From Macrostomum hystrix (Eukaryota > Animalia > Platyhelminthes): a stretch of 64,000 nt of DNA. Where the stretch lies: the NCBI GenBank assembly GCA_950097015.1, contig CATNEN010000011.1, positions 6,138,001-6,202,000 on the forward strand. Direction: 5' to 3'. Within the stretch, counting starts at the first letter, position 1. Every line of letters begins with the position of its first letter. The notes below the pieces were generated by a model that was not told where the DNA came from, made no database searches, and saw nothing but the letters and a program-made list of their open reading frames with translations. Of this stretch, positions 1 to 10,532 are shown in pieces. The translations under genes and the position numbers were made by a program.

Positions 1-228
1 GTGAAGGATAGTCAGGTGGTTAGAAACGTTTCAATGTAACGATGAGCTAAAAATGGCCGAGCCACTGGGTTAAATGCAACAAATTGTCCAAGATAAATTT
101 ATCTGAGACAACTTGTTAGTTGGCTTAAATCGGTCATGGAACGTCATCGAACTTGATCATTCAGTTTTGGGTATCTTTTATAGAACTTTCACATGTTTTT
201 TAGACATTTCAATTTATATTTTAGACCA

Positions 229-332
229 AATTTCATGCAGATTTTATAAGTAAATCTCATGGAGATTTTATAAGCAAATCTCATGGAGATTTTATAAGCA
301 AATCTCAGAGATTTTAAAGAAAATCTCATAGA
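229..332. repeat. Short 24-bp tandem repeat (~4 copies) in a spectrin intron
   Basis: attttataagcaaatctcatggag recurs at 241, 265 and 289. Confidence 0.8.
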
Positions 333-353
333 AATGAAAAGTATTTCGCTCAC

Positions 354-936
354 CCCTATTGGTGCTGGCGGCCAAAGCCTCCTTCTCCCTGATCCAGTCC
401 TCCTCGTCTTCAATGTCCCGCAGCAGCTGGTGCAGCTTGTAGGCCGCAGCCAGACGATCCTTTCGCTTCTTCAGCGGTTCGTGCATAGCCGCGTAGCGCT
501 GGTCGACCTCGCGCTGTCTGGCCCGAATCTTATCCGCGTCGAAATGACCGCTGGCTTCGAATTCATCGGCCTTCTTGGCGAAGTACTGCACCCGGTCCTG
601 GTGGGCAGCAATGTCCGCCTCCAGCAGGTTGTGCTTCTTCTGCAGATTAGCCACCGCGTCCAGGTTGAGCCCGGTGTCCTCGGACATGAGCTGGCCCTCG
701 GTCTCACTGAGCCACATCTCAAAGTCTTCAATGTTTCTGGTGAACTGCAGCTGGTCATTGGCTTGCTCCAGTTTGGTGTTCTTGTTCTCCATCTCAGCCA
801 GGAGACGATTCCACATCGCGTCCAATTCGGCGATGCGTTCGCCAATGTTGTCGGCGTTGACGTGGCCCTTGTCTAGGAGCTCTTCGCCGAACTTCTTCAA
901 AGCCTGCAGGCGCTTGTCGTTGGCAATAACTTCAGC
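354..936 (-). CDS. SPTAN1: Alpha-spectrin, coding exon 3 (gene continues past the window start)
   Basis: Acceptor CTTACAG; NLQKKHNLLEADIAAHQDRV...DIEDEEDWIREKEALAASTNRG; donor G|GTGAGC at 353-352. Confidence 0.95.
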
Positions 937-1039
937 CTGTAAGTTGAAAAGGGAATAATAAAAAATTTAGATAGAAAGAAAATTGGTTCTTGAAATAGGA
1001 TTTCCCTTAGTGATCAAATGGGATTTCCCTTGGCTTAAC

Positions 1040-1214
1040 AAATGGGATTTCCCTAAAATTATCAAATATGAATTCCCTTTGCTGATCAAATGATATTTTC
1101 TTTGATATCAAACAAAACTTCCAAAAGAAAATATCATTTGATCAGCAAAGGGAATTCATATTTGATAATTTAAGGAAAATCCCATTTGATCAGAATTCTG
1201 ATCAAATGGGATTT
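1040..1214. repeat. Intronic foldback: 47-bp perfect inverted repeat plus a 38-bp perfect palindrome
   Basis: 1057-1103 is the exact reverse complement of 1124-1170 (20-nt loop). 1177-1214 (aaatcccatttgatcagaattctgatcaaatgggattt) is self-complementary. Confidence 0.9.
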
Positions 1215-1388
1215 CCCGTAGCTGATAAAATAGGATTTTAGTTTGATGATCAAACGGGACTCCCTAAAAGAAAAGAATTTCCATTCGTTTATCAAAATGT
1301 GATTTCCTATTATTTAATTAACTAGGATTTACATTACCTTATAAAATGGGATTTCCCATTAACTGCATAAATTTTTGCAACGAGTTAC

Positions 1389-1954
1389 CTTGAAGTTCTG
1401 ATGCTTCTGCAGTTTGCTCTGCAGATTAGATGGATCCTTATAGTTCTCATCCGTGGCGTGCTTTAACTTCTCGGAGATCCAAGACTTCATTTCGTCGGCG
1501 TCGCGATCGAATGTCTGATAATTGCGAGACTCTTCAAGGGCAGTTTTACGCTTCTTGGCCTTCTCCAACAGGTGGTCCCACTTGGCCATCAGGTCGGTCT
1601 TGCGCTTATCGATATCATCAGCCGCGTAGTGCTTGCTGGATACCAAATTATTGGCGTGCTCCTCAACCAGGGCAATCTTCTGCTGCTGAGCAGCTAGAGA
1701 CTTCTCAAAGTCCTCCTGCTTGCTGATGAGAGCCTCCACGGTGTCCATGGAGTCGCCAACATCCTTGTTGTCTAGGAAGGCCTCCTGTTTGTTGATCCAA
1801 GACTCGAGCTGGTCAGAGTCGCGATAGAACAGCTGCAAATCCATGCACTGCTTGTACTCGAGCTCTTTAGTCTCAATGAGATCGTCCACTTCTTTCTTCT
1901 CTTTGCTAAGGTGTTCCATCTTTTCGGCCACTTCGTCTTTGGCAGCGTGTCCAC
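1389..1954 (-). CDS. SPTAN1: Alpha-spectrin, coding exon 2
   Basis: Acceptor CATCCAG at 1955; CMDLQLFYRDSDQLESWINKQEAFL...DENYKDPSNLQSKLQKHQNFK; donor GTAACT; phase 1 to 0 fits neighbouring exons. Confidence 0.95.
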
Positions 1955-2070
1955 CTGGATGGTAGAGGCGAGAGACGCTATGCTGAGATTTGGGTAACAG
2001 CCATGAAGCGAAATAGAAACGACTATTAGCTATTTAGATGACGAGGCATCGGAGCATACTAAAAACACTA

Positions 2071-2303
2071 CAGGGGTCGGCAAACTAGGGCCAGCGGGCC
2101 AGATGCGACCCTTGAAGTTCCCAAGTCCAACCCGTAGCCCCTTTTCGACACCTAAAGTATCCTGTCTTATCTCTCCTGTCCTGTGTCTCATCTCTCCTGT
2201 GTCTTATGTCTCCCCTGTCTCACAGTTCTAGAGACAATGCGGTCCGCTGTCGTCTTTTAGGTTCTATCTTAGGCCCGCTAGCTAAAAAGTTTGCCGAACC
2301 CTG
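2071..2303. mobile_element. hAT-Charlie-like MITE (MER58-type ends) with a short internal CT/GA minisatellite
   Basis: TIRs caggggtcggcaaact / agtttgccgaaccctg and subterminal ggcc.gcgggcc motif; a homologous copy lies at 10831-11499. No clean 8-bp TSD seen. Confidence 0.75.
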
Positions 2304-2318
2304 TACTAGCTGATGCTA

Positions 2319-2429
2319 GTACCCATTTCACAGCTGAAAGAATTGATGTCGAGTCCTGAAGTGGAGTTGAGAATCGAACCCCCGACCTTCAAGTCGTGAG
2401 AACGACGCTCTAAAGCACTAGGCTACAAC
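2319..2429 (-). mobile_element. SINE family B, 5' fragment (tRNA-like head)
   Basis: Reverse complement matches the head of the 33108 copy (gtagcctagtg...gacttgaaggtcgggggttcgattc...ctgt.aaatgggtac). Confidence 0.7.
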
Positions 2430-2458
2430 ACAAGTGACTTTATAAACGTGCCAATTAC

Positions 2459-3767
2459 CATCAAGGAGAGCCCTGCCCTGCTGCAGAGTATTCTCATAGG
2501 CCTCATTACGAGCGTCGACTTCATTTTTGTGCTCAAAGATGCGCTCAAGCAGAGCCTCAGCTCCGGCCACATCATTGGCTAGACTGTCGGCGGCAACCAC
2601 ACTCTTCATAGCGGCTAGCCAGGAAGCGAGCTCGCGCGAGTCGGTCAAGAATCGGTGCAGGTTGTAGGCATCGTCCAGGCGGGCCTTTCGCTTAGCAGCC
2701 TTGGACTTCAAAGCGTCCCATTTGTCGCTCAGCTGGTCGCGAGTACGCTTCAGATCATCGGCGTGGTCGGTGTACTTATCAGACAGCTGATCGGCGGCGT
2801 CCACCAACTTTTCCACTTTCTTCTGCAAGGCGTCCAAATCGCGTTCTAGACCGTCGTGCTTTCGCTGCAGAGCCTGGATTGACGGCAGATCGCGGCCGGT
2901 ATCATCGCTAGATAGCGAGGCGTCCTTTTCGTTGATCCAGTTCTCAGTCTCCATGGCGTCGCGATAATACTTGGTCACTTCATATTTCTCAAATAGGCGC
3001 TGCTGCTTGCGAGAGGCCTTCTCCTTGAGTCGGCGCATGGCGTCCACCAGTTCGTCCTTCTTGTTGGCAATTCTCTGCTCCTCCGGGTGCTGCTCTCTGA
3101 TGAGCTTGTCAGCTGCGTTGCCAACCTCTTCAACGCGCTGCTCCTGATGCTGCAGGTCGAGCATGAACTCGTCGAACATCTTCTGCTGTTGTTCAACAAC
3201 GTCCATATCTTTCTCGTCGACAGCATCGAAGTCATTGCTCTCAACGTACTCCTGTTTGAGCTTAATCCAATTGAGCACATTGTCGGCCTCGCGCAAAAAC
3301 TGAAAGTACTCGAGGGCCTGCTGCAGCTTGCGACCCTTCTCCTGCAGCAGCTTCATCAGCTTGTCCCAGAGATCGTGCAGCTCTTCGAGGCGTTTGCCAA
3401 CCTCGTCAGATTTGGCGTGATTGTCGTCAATCATTGCCTTGCCAGTGGCGTCAAGATTCTGCAGCGTGTTGGAGTGAGCAGTGACCTCCGCTTCGATGGC
3501 CTGGTGCTTCTGAATCTTGCTCTGCAGGCTATTGTAGTCTGTGTAGCTGTCATCGCTGATGGCTTGAATCTTTTCAAGGATCCAGTTTTCTAGTTCGTCA
3601 GCGTCGCGCTTGAACAGCTGATACTTCTTAGCCTCTTCCAGCTCTTTCTTGCGCTCCTCTGTCTTCTTCTTGAAGTCGCTGTAGCGGCCGAGCACTTCAT
3701 TACGTCGGCCTTGAATGTCATCCACAGTTTCGAGGATTTTCACCTCCTTTTGACTGGGTTCTGTCAT
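2459..3767 (-). CDS. SPTAN1: Alpha-spectrin, first coding exon
   Basis: MTEPSQKEVKILETVDDIQGRRNEVLGRYSDFK...YQLFKRDADELENWILEK is colinear with the alpha-spectrin N-terminus and repeats 1-4. Donor G|GTAATT at 2458-2457. Confidence 0.95.
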
Positions 3768-6463
3768 TTTTGCTTTGCTTTGATTAAGTCAGAGTTTGCA
3801 ATATTGCTGCAATGCAAGTAAAAACACCAGGTAAAGGAAAACATTTTAAAAGAAATTTAACCTATTAATAAAATCTTAAACTGATTGGATCTACCAATAA
3901 AAACATTTTAATCAATAAATAAATATAGTATTTTATATAGCAAAATGAATTAAAAAGTAAATAGAAGCTACTATAGCAATATACAACTATTCTACTCATA
4001 TATCTCAAGCATACATACGCAACACCCGGCCGACCCGGCCGGGTGAAATGAGGGCCAAGCAAGGTAAGTCGCAAAAACCAATTGACCAAGCGCAAAAAAA
4101 TCAAAGGGGGGACCAAGGGACAAAAAAGGAAGGCGTGAAGAAAAGGAAAAAGGGGAGAGAAAAAGAGAGCAAATGAGAGCAAACTAAGTCGTAAATAGAG
4201 CAATGAAATGAACTAAGTCGCAAATGAGAGCAAAAACTAAGTCGCACGGCCGGCTAAGATTTGGGAGGTTGCGCATGTATGATCTCAAGCCAAGATACAA
4301 TTTTTTTAATGATCTTGCCAAATTAAGCCTAACAAATAAAAAAATTTTATGTTTCCTAAAGACTAAATGAAATAATACACACATATCCATATCAAATAAA
4401 ATGACATTTAAGTTCACAGCATTGGTTACATAGCTGATGCTGCGTTGCATAAAATACAATCAAAAGCTAGGCCCTACCACTATCAAACCTTGCAGAACTA
4501 TATTTACAGACAATCACCACTTGACAGGCATGAATGAAACCAAACATAACTATTGATACAGTTTAGTTATTGAGGTGTTACCAAGAGTTTGTTATGAACA
4601 TTAAAAACAACAATTATGCTAAGTGGATCTGTGAATGCTACACCTTTTGAAAAGTTTCACAATAAAACATTTGAATTGCTTTGAACAAAAAACTATATAT
4701 AACCATTTATAATCACTATATAGCTCTTACAAAACTATCCATAAGAAGATAAGCAACAATTTATTTCAGGAAGCAGGGTTCAAAAATAATATGCCAAACA
4801 GTCTCCCAGAACAGAAAGGAATTTAATTTGATTCCGGAAACGGGAAATGTTGTATTTACACACTTTAAATTCTCGCCTAAATGAATATTATGCGTAAATA
4901 ACGAAAAATTTGAACTGTAACTTATGAACAGTTGAATTCAGGAGGTATTCAAAACACTTTAGCATTTTCCTTTCTTGAATATACACTTAGAATGGAAAAT
5001 GATTCTTGCATGTCTGTGAAAAGTATTATAAAATGTAATGTGTTTAATATAACTTTAGTTCAGCGTTTTGAAATCAGTAAAAAAATAAAACACTAAAATG
5101 AAAATGACATTATAATCTGCAGAAATTAGCTGCGAAATGTATTCCGAGAAATTCGGGCCAAGTGACAAGTGACAAGCTAATTTTATGTGAAATTTATATT
5201 CATCGTTCGCACTTTTACAATTGTACTACATAGCTCTAGCTAAAGACTAGTCGGATCTTTTGCGATGGTCAACCAAGAAATGCAAGAAATTATTAGATCC
5301 CATTATTAGATCCTATCCAATTCCGAATTACTTCCCGAATTCGACTTAAGGACAGTTCACTCGATCTTTGACTTCTGAACTCAGTTACAGCTGCAGTGTA
5401 CACATATTTAATAATTAACTATCGTTGGTACGTCTCATAATAATGAGAAGAGAATTCTACGGACAGGTCGACTCTATAAGCTTTGCAAATAGTCACTCAA
5501 GAGTTCAGAATAGAAATTCTAAGTTGAAAAACCTTATATTTTATTTGTAATTCTTCTCCAAAAAAATGTTAAGCAAAATTTTAGAATGGTCTGGTGTTTA
5601 AAATGCACGTTTCAATTAACAAAAATATAGTAGCAATTCTACGAGAGCCGTATCTGACTAGAAAAACTCCGTGAGCCATCCATGGAGGAGTACGAGTCTC
5701 ATATTTTGTGTCTAACTGTAATGAAAACAATTTTATTTTGCGCAAGTAACACAAATAATTGTTATCATCGGTACTATATTTGTACTTTTAGGGACTCATG
5801 AAGACTCAGAACTCCAACTGACAAGTACTATATTCGCACTCTCAATTAGATATTCTATTCGGTGAAAATTAACTAGAATAGTCGCGATCAGTAGTTTCAA
5901 GTAGGACAAAAGCACAGAATATGCTTATAGCAGTCAAGTTTATCGAAATGCATTGCGCTTAACTACTCACCTGTACACCTGTATGCGTACGGCATTGTCT
6001 AAACAAAGAGCAGCTGCTGAAATAAACTTGGCAAATGTGCTTTACATTGCACAGACGGCAAACAGAATATGCTCAGCATGCATAGAATGAGTAGTCAAGT
6101 GGCGCAAATTGTGCAAACATGCCGACTTGTCAGTGCACGTGGAACATTGATGAAGGAGTGATCGACTTGGGACAGAACAGAGACAGAATGAGCAAAAGGA
6201 CTGATCAACGATTGTTCGTGTTTGTTCAGGCAGGAAATGTGGGAGAGAAAATAATTAACCGATTTCGCGTCAGCCAAATCTTTTATCAAGTCCGATTCGA
6301 CGAAGCTCTGCAGCCAATGGTAAAGCGGTCTCACAGAACGTCGGTATACTACAGCGCTGCTAAAGTTTCAAATTGAAATGATATTGCAAAATTTTTCTTA
6401 ATGGGCTAAGCGAATCTAGGTGAAAGCAACACGCGATAACAGAAAGCAAGAATAGAGTAAAAA

Positions 6464-8071
6464 ATGTCGGCATCGCTATCGCAGCACCTGACTCAGTTTG
6501 TCACGGACTCGTCCATCCGCTCCCTGCGTCGAACAATTCTGTCGGAGAGCGCGTTGCTCCGCGTATTCTGGACCCTGTTTGTACTGGGCTGCTTCGCCGG
6601 CATGACGTATCACCTGACTTTGCTGTCCGTGAACTTTCTCAAAGGTGACTTAGCTGTCGATCTGCAGTTCTCCTCAACAGCTAATCAACCGTTCCCAAGC
6701 GTGTCCTTCTGCGACGGTTCGAGGTTCGGCGTGAACGCTGTGAACTACCTGGCCACAAGTGGGGTTCTGACGCCTACCCAGTTTTCCAGCTACGCTCGCG
6801 ATCGCGTGAAGAAGTACTACCAGAGGCAGCCGAGCACCGAGCGGGGCTACCTGCTGCTGATTGAGAGCTACAGCAATTATTTTGCCACACTGTTGGCAAC
6901 TCTGGCTAAAGCGAATCGCAGTTTGCACGACATTGCTAACCTTGGAGTGAGCCCCGGGGCTCCAATCATTCGCGCTCTCTTGGTAACTGGTCGAGTATTC
7001 TGGCTTGTGCCCGGTGACTTCACAGTCACCCCATTTCACCACCCCGAGTACTTGAACTGCTACACAGTCACCTTGCCAAGCTCAGTGTCAAAGCTAACCC
7101 AGTCAATTTTGCTAGTGCTGCCAACAACAATGAACCCGGCTAATTTGAGCAATTCAACGATTCGAGAGCGAATTTCCATCAGCTTTCCGATCGATGGACT
7201 CACGTCCGTCAGCGGGTTCATGTTCGACCTCCATAGCGAGTTCGCCGTGCCATTCTCGCACAGCAAACTGCTGCTACCGAGCAACTTCTATAACCAGGTG
7301 AAGTTCACACAATGCCAGTTGCAGCGCAAGGCGTGCAGCAACCTCACAGGCTGGTCCACAGACTATCGCGACTCCAATGGGACAGTCAAACAGCGCTACT
7401 ACAGCTACACCAAGGAGATGTGCATTCTGCAGAAGATTCGCGGCGAGGTGCGCAGACGATGCAACTGCACTCTCGACATGGGCCTCATGAACCTGACTGA
7501 CCGTACAGCCCGCTGCAACGCATTCGCTCCAGATGACACAGTCGAAGCCTACTCACAGCGCGACATCTGCGTAGACGACATACTGGGTGCATCGCATGTG
7601 TACGACGAAAGCTGCATGAGCTCGTGCCAGGAGTTCTGGTTCCCGGCCACGGTCTCCGGAGCCAGCTACGTACCCATGAACGAACTGCAACGCTGCCTAA
7701 TGGAGCAGACTATCTATGAAGTCAACTATCAGGGCTCGGGTATTTCTGACGTGGAGGCAGCTCTGCTGTCGAATGCCAGCGCCAGCCAGTCGGCCATGCT
7801 ACTCTGCGCGAACTTCAGCAGAAATCGAGCCTTCATGGTTGAGCTCAGCAGGAACCCGTTCCTACTTCAGAGCTTTCAGCAGACTCCCATCACTACGCTG
7901 CCCGTGTTCCTCTGCCAGGTCGGCAGCATCTGTGGCATCTGGTCAGGACTGTCGATTGCCATCATCGCCGAAGTGTTTGATCTCGTCTACCGGATGGCGA
8001 AGCATCGACGCAAAATCGGCTCCTCGGCTCTAGTCAGCTCTATTCAGCAGAAAGTGACTGAAGTGTCCTAA
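6464..8071 (+). CDS. DEG/ENaC (amiloride-sensitive Na+ channel family) subunit, intronless, 535 aa
   Basis: TM1 (LRVFWTLFVLGCFAGMTYHLTLL), FPSVSFC motif, Cys-rich thumb (CILQKIRGEVRRRCNC...CMSSC) and TM2 (VGSICGIWSGLSIAIIAEVFDL). Confidence 0.9.
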   Translation: MSASLSQHLTQFVTDSSIRSLRRTILSESALLRVFWTLFVLGCFAGMTYHLTLLSVNFLKGDLAVDLQFSSTANQPFPSVSFCDGSRFGVNAVNYLATSGVLTPTQFSSYARDRVKKYYQRQPSTERGYLLLIESYSNYFATLLATLAKANRSLHDIANLGVSPGAPIIRALLVTGRVFWLVPGDFTVTPFHHPEYLNCYTVTLPSSVSKLTQSILLVLPTTMNPANLSNSTIRERISISFPIDGLTSVSGFMFDLHSEFAVPFSHSKLLLPSNFYNQVKFTQCQLQRKACSNLTGWSTDYRDSNGTVKQRYYSYTKEMCILQKIRGEVRRRCNCTLDMGLMNLTDRTARCNAFAPDDTVEAYSQRDICVDDILGASHVYDESCMSSCQEFWFPATVSGASYVPMNELQRCLMEQTIYEVNYQGSGISDVEAALLSNASASQSAMLLCANFSRNRAFMVELSRNPFLLQSFQQTPITTLPVFLCQVGSICGIWSGLSIAIIAEVFDLVYRMAKHRRKIGSSALVSSIQQKVTEVS

Positions 8072-8304
8072 TGCTTGGCTGTCGCATTATTCCGCGCACA
8101 GTTTCTTCGGGGAGAAAAAACTCTTGGAAAATGAGCTTCTAAGAAAGACTTCGAAATTTTTCGTATTCATCATATACGTTCGTATAGTACATCTCGTGTT
8201 GTACTCGTAGAAACCGTTATTCTTAGTGCAGCTGTCCAATTTTCAAAATAAAAATCAGAATTTTTTTTTCAAAGAGGTGTTTATTTTTGAACAAGTATTT
8301 TCTA

Positions 8305-8718
8305 TCAACCATCCTTCTTGCCAAAGCGTCCCGCTCCACCAGTTGCCAGCACACGCATTGCCACGTCCAGCATCTTCGGCGCACTGATGCTAGCCTGACG
8401 AGCTGCTGTTCCGGCTGCGAGAGCTAGCTGCTGCTGCTGCTGCTGTTGTTGTTGCTGCTTTAATTCGAGTGCCAGCCGAGCATCTTTCGCCGCTCTCTCG
8501 CGATTCGCCATCACGCGGCGCAGCTTGGCATTGATGATGCCCAGCTCAGTCTCCTCGTACGGGACGCTGCGCTCCTGCACCTGGACCCGCATCATCCTGC
8601 GGCGGTGCTCGCGCTGACCAGCGACAAGCTCGGAGTAGTCCACCTCGCCGTCGCCGTCTTTATCTAGCACGCGCAACAGGCGCTGCAGACACATCGGAGA
8701 CATCGGCACACCGATTGC
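8305..8718 (-). CDS. LRRC74-like protein, exon 10 (EF-hand 2, polyQ, stop)
   Basis: AIGVPMSPMCLQRLLRVLDKDGDGEVDYSEL has a canonical EF loop. The 10 exons sum to 1731 nt (576 aa), in frame. Confidence 0.85.
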   Translation of the reverse strand, partial: AIGVPMSPMCLQRLLRVLDKDGDGEVDYSELVAGQREHRRRMMRVQVQERSVPYEETELGIINAKLRRVMANRERAAKDARLALELKQQQQQQQQQQLALAAGTAARQASISAPKMLDVAMRVLATGGAGRFGKKDG

Positions 8719-8827
8719 CTGCATGCAGTTTTTGTTGTTCTGAGACATTGTTGGGTTTAGTAAACTAAAACGGCCTTTTTGAGGGCCCAAGCTTAGGCGA
8801 GTGGAACACAATGATGCGGTCCAGTTT

Positions 8828-9183
8828 ATAATAAAAAATGCTGGAGGGCTGCGGGCAATGGCACATCATTTGGTGACACTAGACCCTCAGCCAGCAAGGA
8901 GGCAATTCTGCCCATTTCGCTGACTCCTGAGCACACGCACACAGATACTGTACACAGGCACACGCTCACACAGGTGTGTACATCTGCACTGACTTTCTCA
9001 TCGTCAGGCAGTGTACATTTCACTGTGCCTTGGAGGTTGGCCCTCAAGGGCGTAAATTGCGCGACAAGCCCCCAAGCCTTCTCTCGGCGGCTGCGCCCAA
9101 ATGAATGTGGCCTCGCCGCGGAATCGAGCTCAGGGACCTTGGTGCGAGAGGCGAACGCGTTAACCGCTTTGCCACTCACCCAT
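8828..9183 (-). mobile_element. SINE family A (tRNA-derived), full length with 13-bp TSD
   Basis: Head GGTGAGTGGCAAAGCGG (A box)...GAGCTCGATTCC (B-box-like); A/T-rich tail; direct repeat tgcggtccagttt at 8815-8827 and 9184-9196. Confidence 0.85.
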
Positions 9184-9315
9184 TGCGGTCCAGTTTCGGC
9201 TTAGCCAAAAATAATCGCTTGCGAACGAGTTAAGATCAGAGTTTGACTACAATGCTCACTCAAGCTCAACTTGTTGACCCCTTTGTGCTGATTATTTCAA
9301 CGGCGGAACACTCAC

Positions 9316-9429
9316 CATTAGGCCCTCCTTGAACTCCTTGTGCGTCAACGACTTGCTACCGTCCGAGTCCAAATTGAGAAACAGGTCCAATAGGCGCATG
9401 TTTTTCAGCTTCATGAACTCCATTAACAC
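9316..9429 (-). CDS. LRRC74-like protein, exon 9 (EF-hand 1)
   Basis: VLMEFMKLKNMRLLDLFLNLDSDGSKSLTHKEFKEGLM; loop DSDGSKSLTHKE. Confidence 0.85.
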
Positions 9430-9507
9430 CTGTTTCAGGAGAAATTTAATGATCAATGAGTTATTCTCAAACAAAAATGAACTGTTAAAGTGACCAGAGA
9501 GGCTCAC

Positions 9508-9651
9508 CATCATTGGATCATCGTTGATGAATAGGTCGTCCTCTTCAGCTTTGGCTTGCTGTTTGAGCAGAACACCGAATATGATCTTGAAGCTGCGAAC
9601 TGCTGCTATGCGCTCTGAGATGGCGATGCTCTGGGGATCTACAGTCAGGCC
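9508..9651 (-). CDS. LRRC74-like protein, exon 8 (acceptor lies inside the 58-bp repeat unit)
   Basis: CAACAG|GGC CTG ACT GTA GAT CCC CAG AGC ATC...GAT GAT CCA ATG ATG|GTGAGC, 144 nt, phase 0-0. An alternative in-frame acceptor lies 21 nt downstream (CCCCAG at 9631). Confidence 0.75.
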
Positions 9652-10268
9652 CTGTTGTTGCAGTTGGACTGTCAATGAGTTCAATTATCTGGGGATCTAC
9701 AGTCAGGCCCTGTTGTTGCAGTTGGACTGTCAATGAGTTCAATTATCTGGGGATCTACAGTCAGGCCCTGTTGTTGCAGTTGGACTGTCAATGAGTTCAA
9801 TTATCTGGGGATCTACAGTCAGGCCCTGTTGTTGCAGTTGGACTGTCAATGAGTTCAATTATCTGGGGATCTACAGTCAGGCCCTGTTGTTGCAGTTGGA
9901 CTGTCAATGAGTTCAATTATCTGGGGATCTACAGTCAGGCCCTGTTGTTGCAGTTGGACTGTCAATGAGTTCAATTATCTGGGGATCTACAGTCAGGCCC
10001 TGTTGTTGCAGTTGGACTGTCAATGAGTTCAATTATCTGGGGATCTACAGTCAGGCCCTGTTGTTGCAGTTGGACTGTCAATGAGTTCAATTATCTGGGG
10101 ATCTACAGTCAGGCCCTGTTGTTGCAGTTGGACTGTCAATGAGTTCAATTATCTGGGGATCTACAGTCAGGCCCTGTTGTTGCAGTTGGACTGTCAATGA
10201 GTTCAATTATCTGGGGATCTACAGTCAGGCCCTGTTGTTGCAGTTGGACTGTCAATGAGTTCAATTAC
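9631..10268. repeat. Perfect 58-bp tandem repeat, 11 copies
   Basis: ctggggatctacagtcaggccctgttgttgcagttggactgtcaatgagttcaattat starts at 9631, 9689, ... 10211. Confidence 0.97.
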
Positions 10269-10334
10269 TTGAAGAATTTTGATAAGTTTTGACACGTCTT
10301 TGAGAATCTAATAAAGTTTTATTCTGAACTTTGT

Positions 10335-10532
10335 AGGGCTTGCAGTCTATTGGTTAGAGCGGCGGCCTCACAACTTGAAGGTCGGTGGTTCGATTCCTGA
10401 CTTCACTGAACAATCGCTTCAGTTGCTTCAGTTCACCCAGCTGTTAAATGGGTACCAGCATCAGCTGGTGTAACTATAGGATGGTGTGGCGTCCCCCCAG
10501 TCCATGGACTGAACGGCTGTACGCAGGCCAAT
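10335..10532 (+). mobile_element. SINE family B, diverged 3'-truncated copy
   Basis: tggttagagcgg...aacttgaaggtcggtggttcgattcc...cagttcacccagctgttaaatgggtaccagcatcagctgg matches the 33108 copy. Confidence 0.8.

Noticed and set aside
995-1357. Cluster of NF-kappaB-like GGGATTTCCC sites
   Set aside because: Fully explained as units of the local palindromic repeat; no independent evidence of an enhancer.
334-3593. Plus-strand ORFs antisense to spectrin (and similar ORFs opposite the sHSP, BCKDK and channels)
   Set aside because: Shadow ORFs caused by GC-rich codon usage of the real genes.
6095-6376. Two short overlapping ORFs upstream of the DEG/ENaC gene
   Set aside because: No recognisable motif; more likely UTR or promoter sequence.
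9631-10268. CRISPR array
   Set aside because: The 58-bp units are head-to-tail with no unique spacers, there are no cas genes, and the context is a eukaryotic intron.
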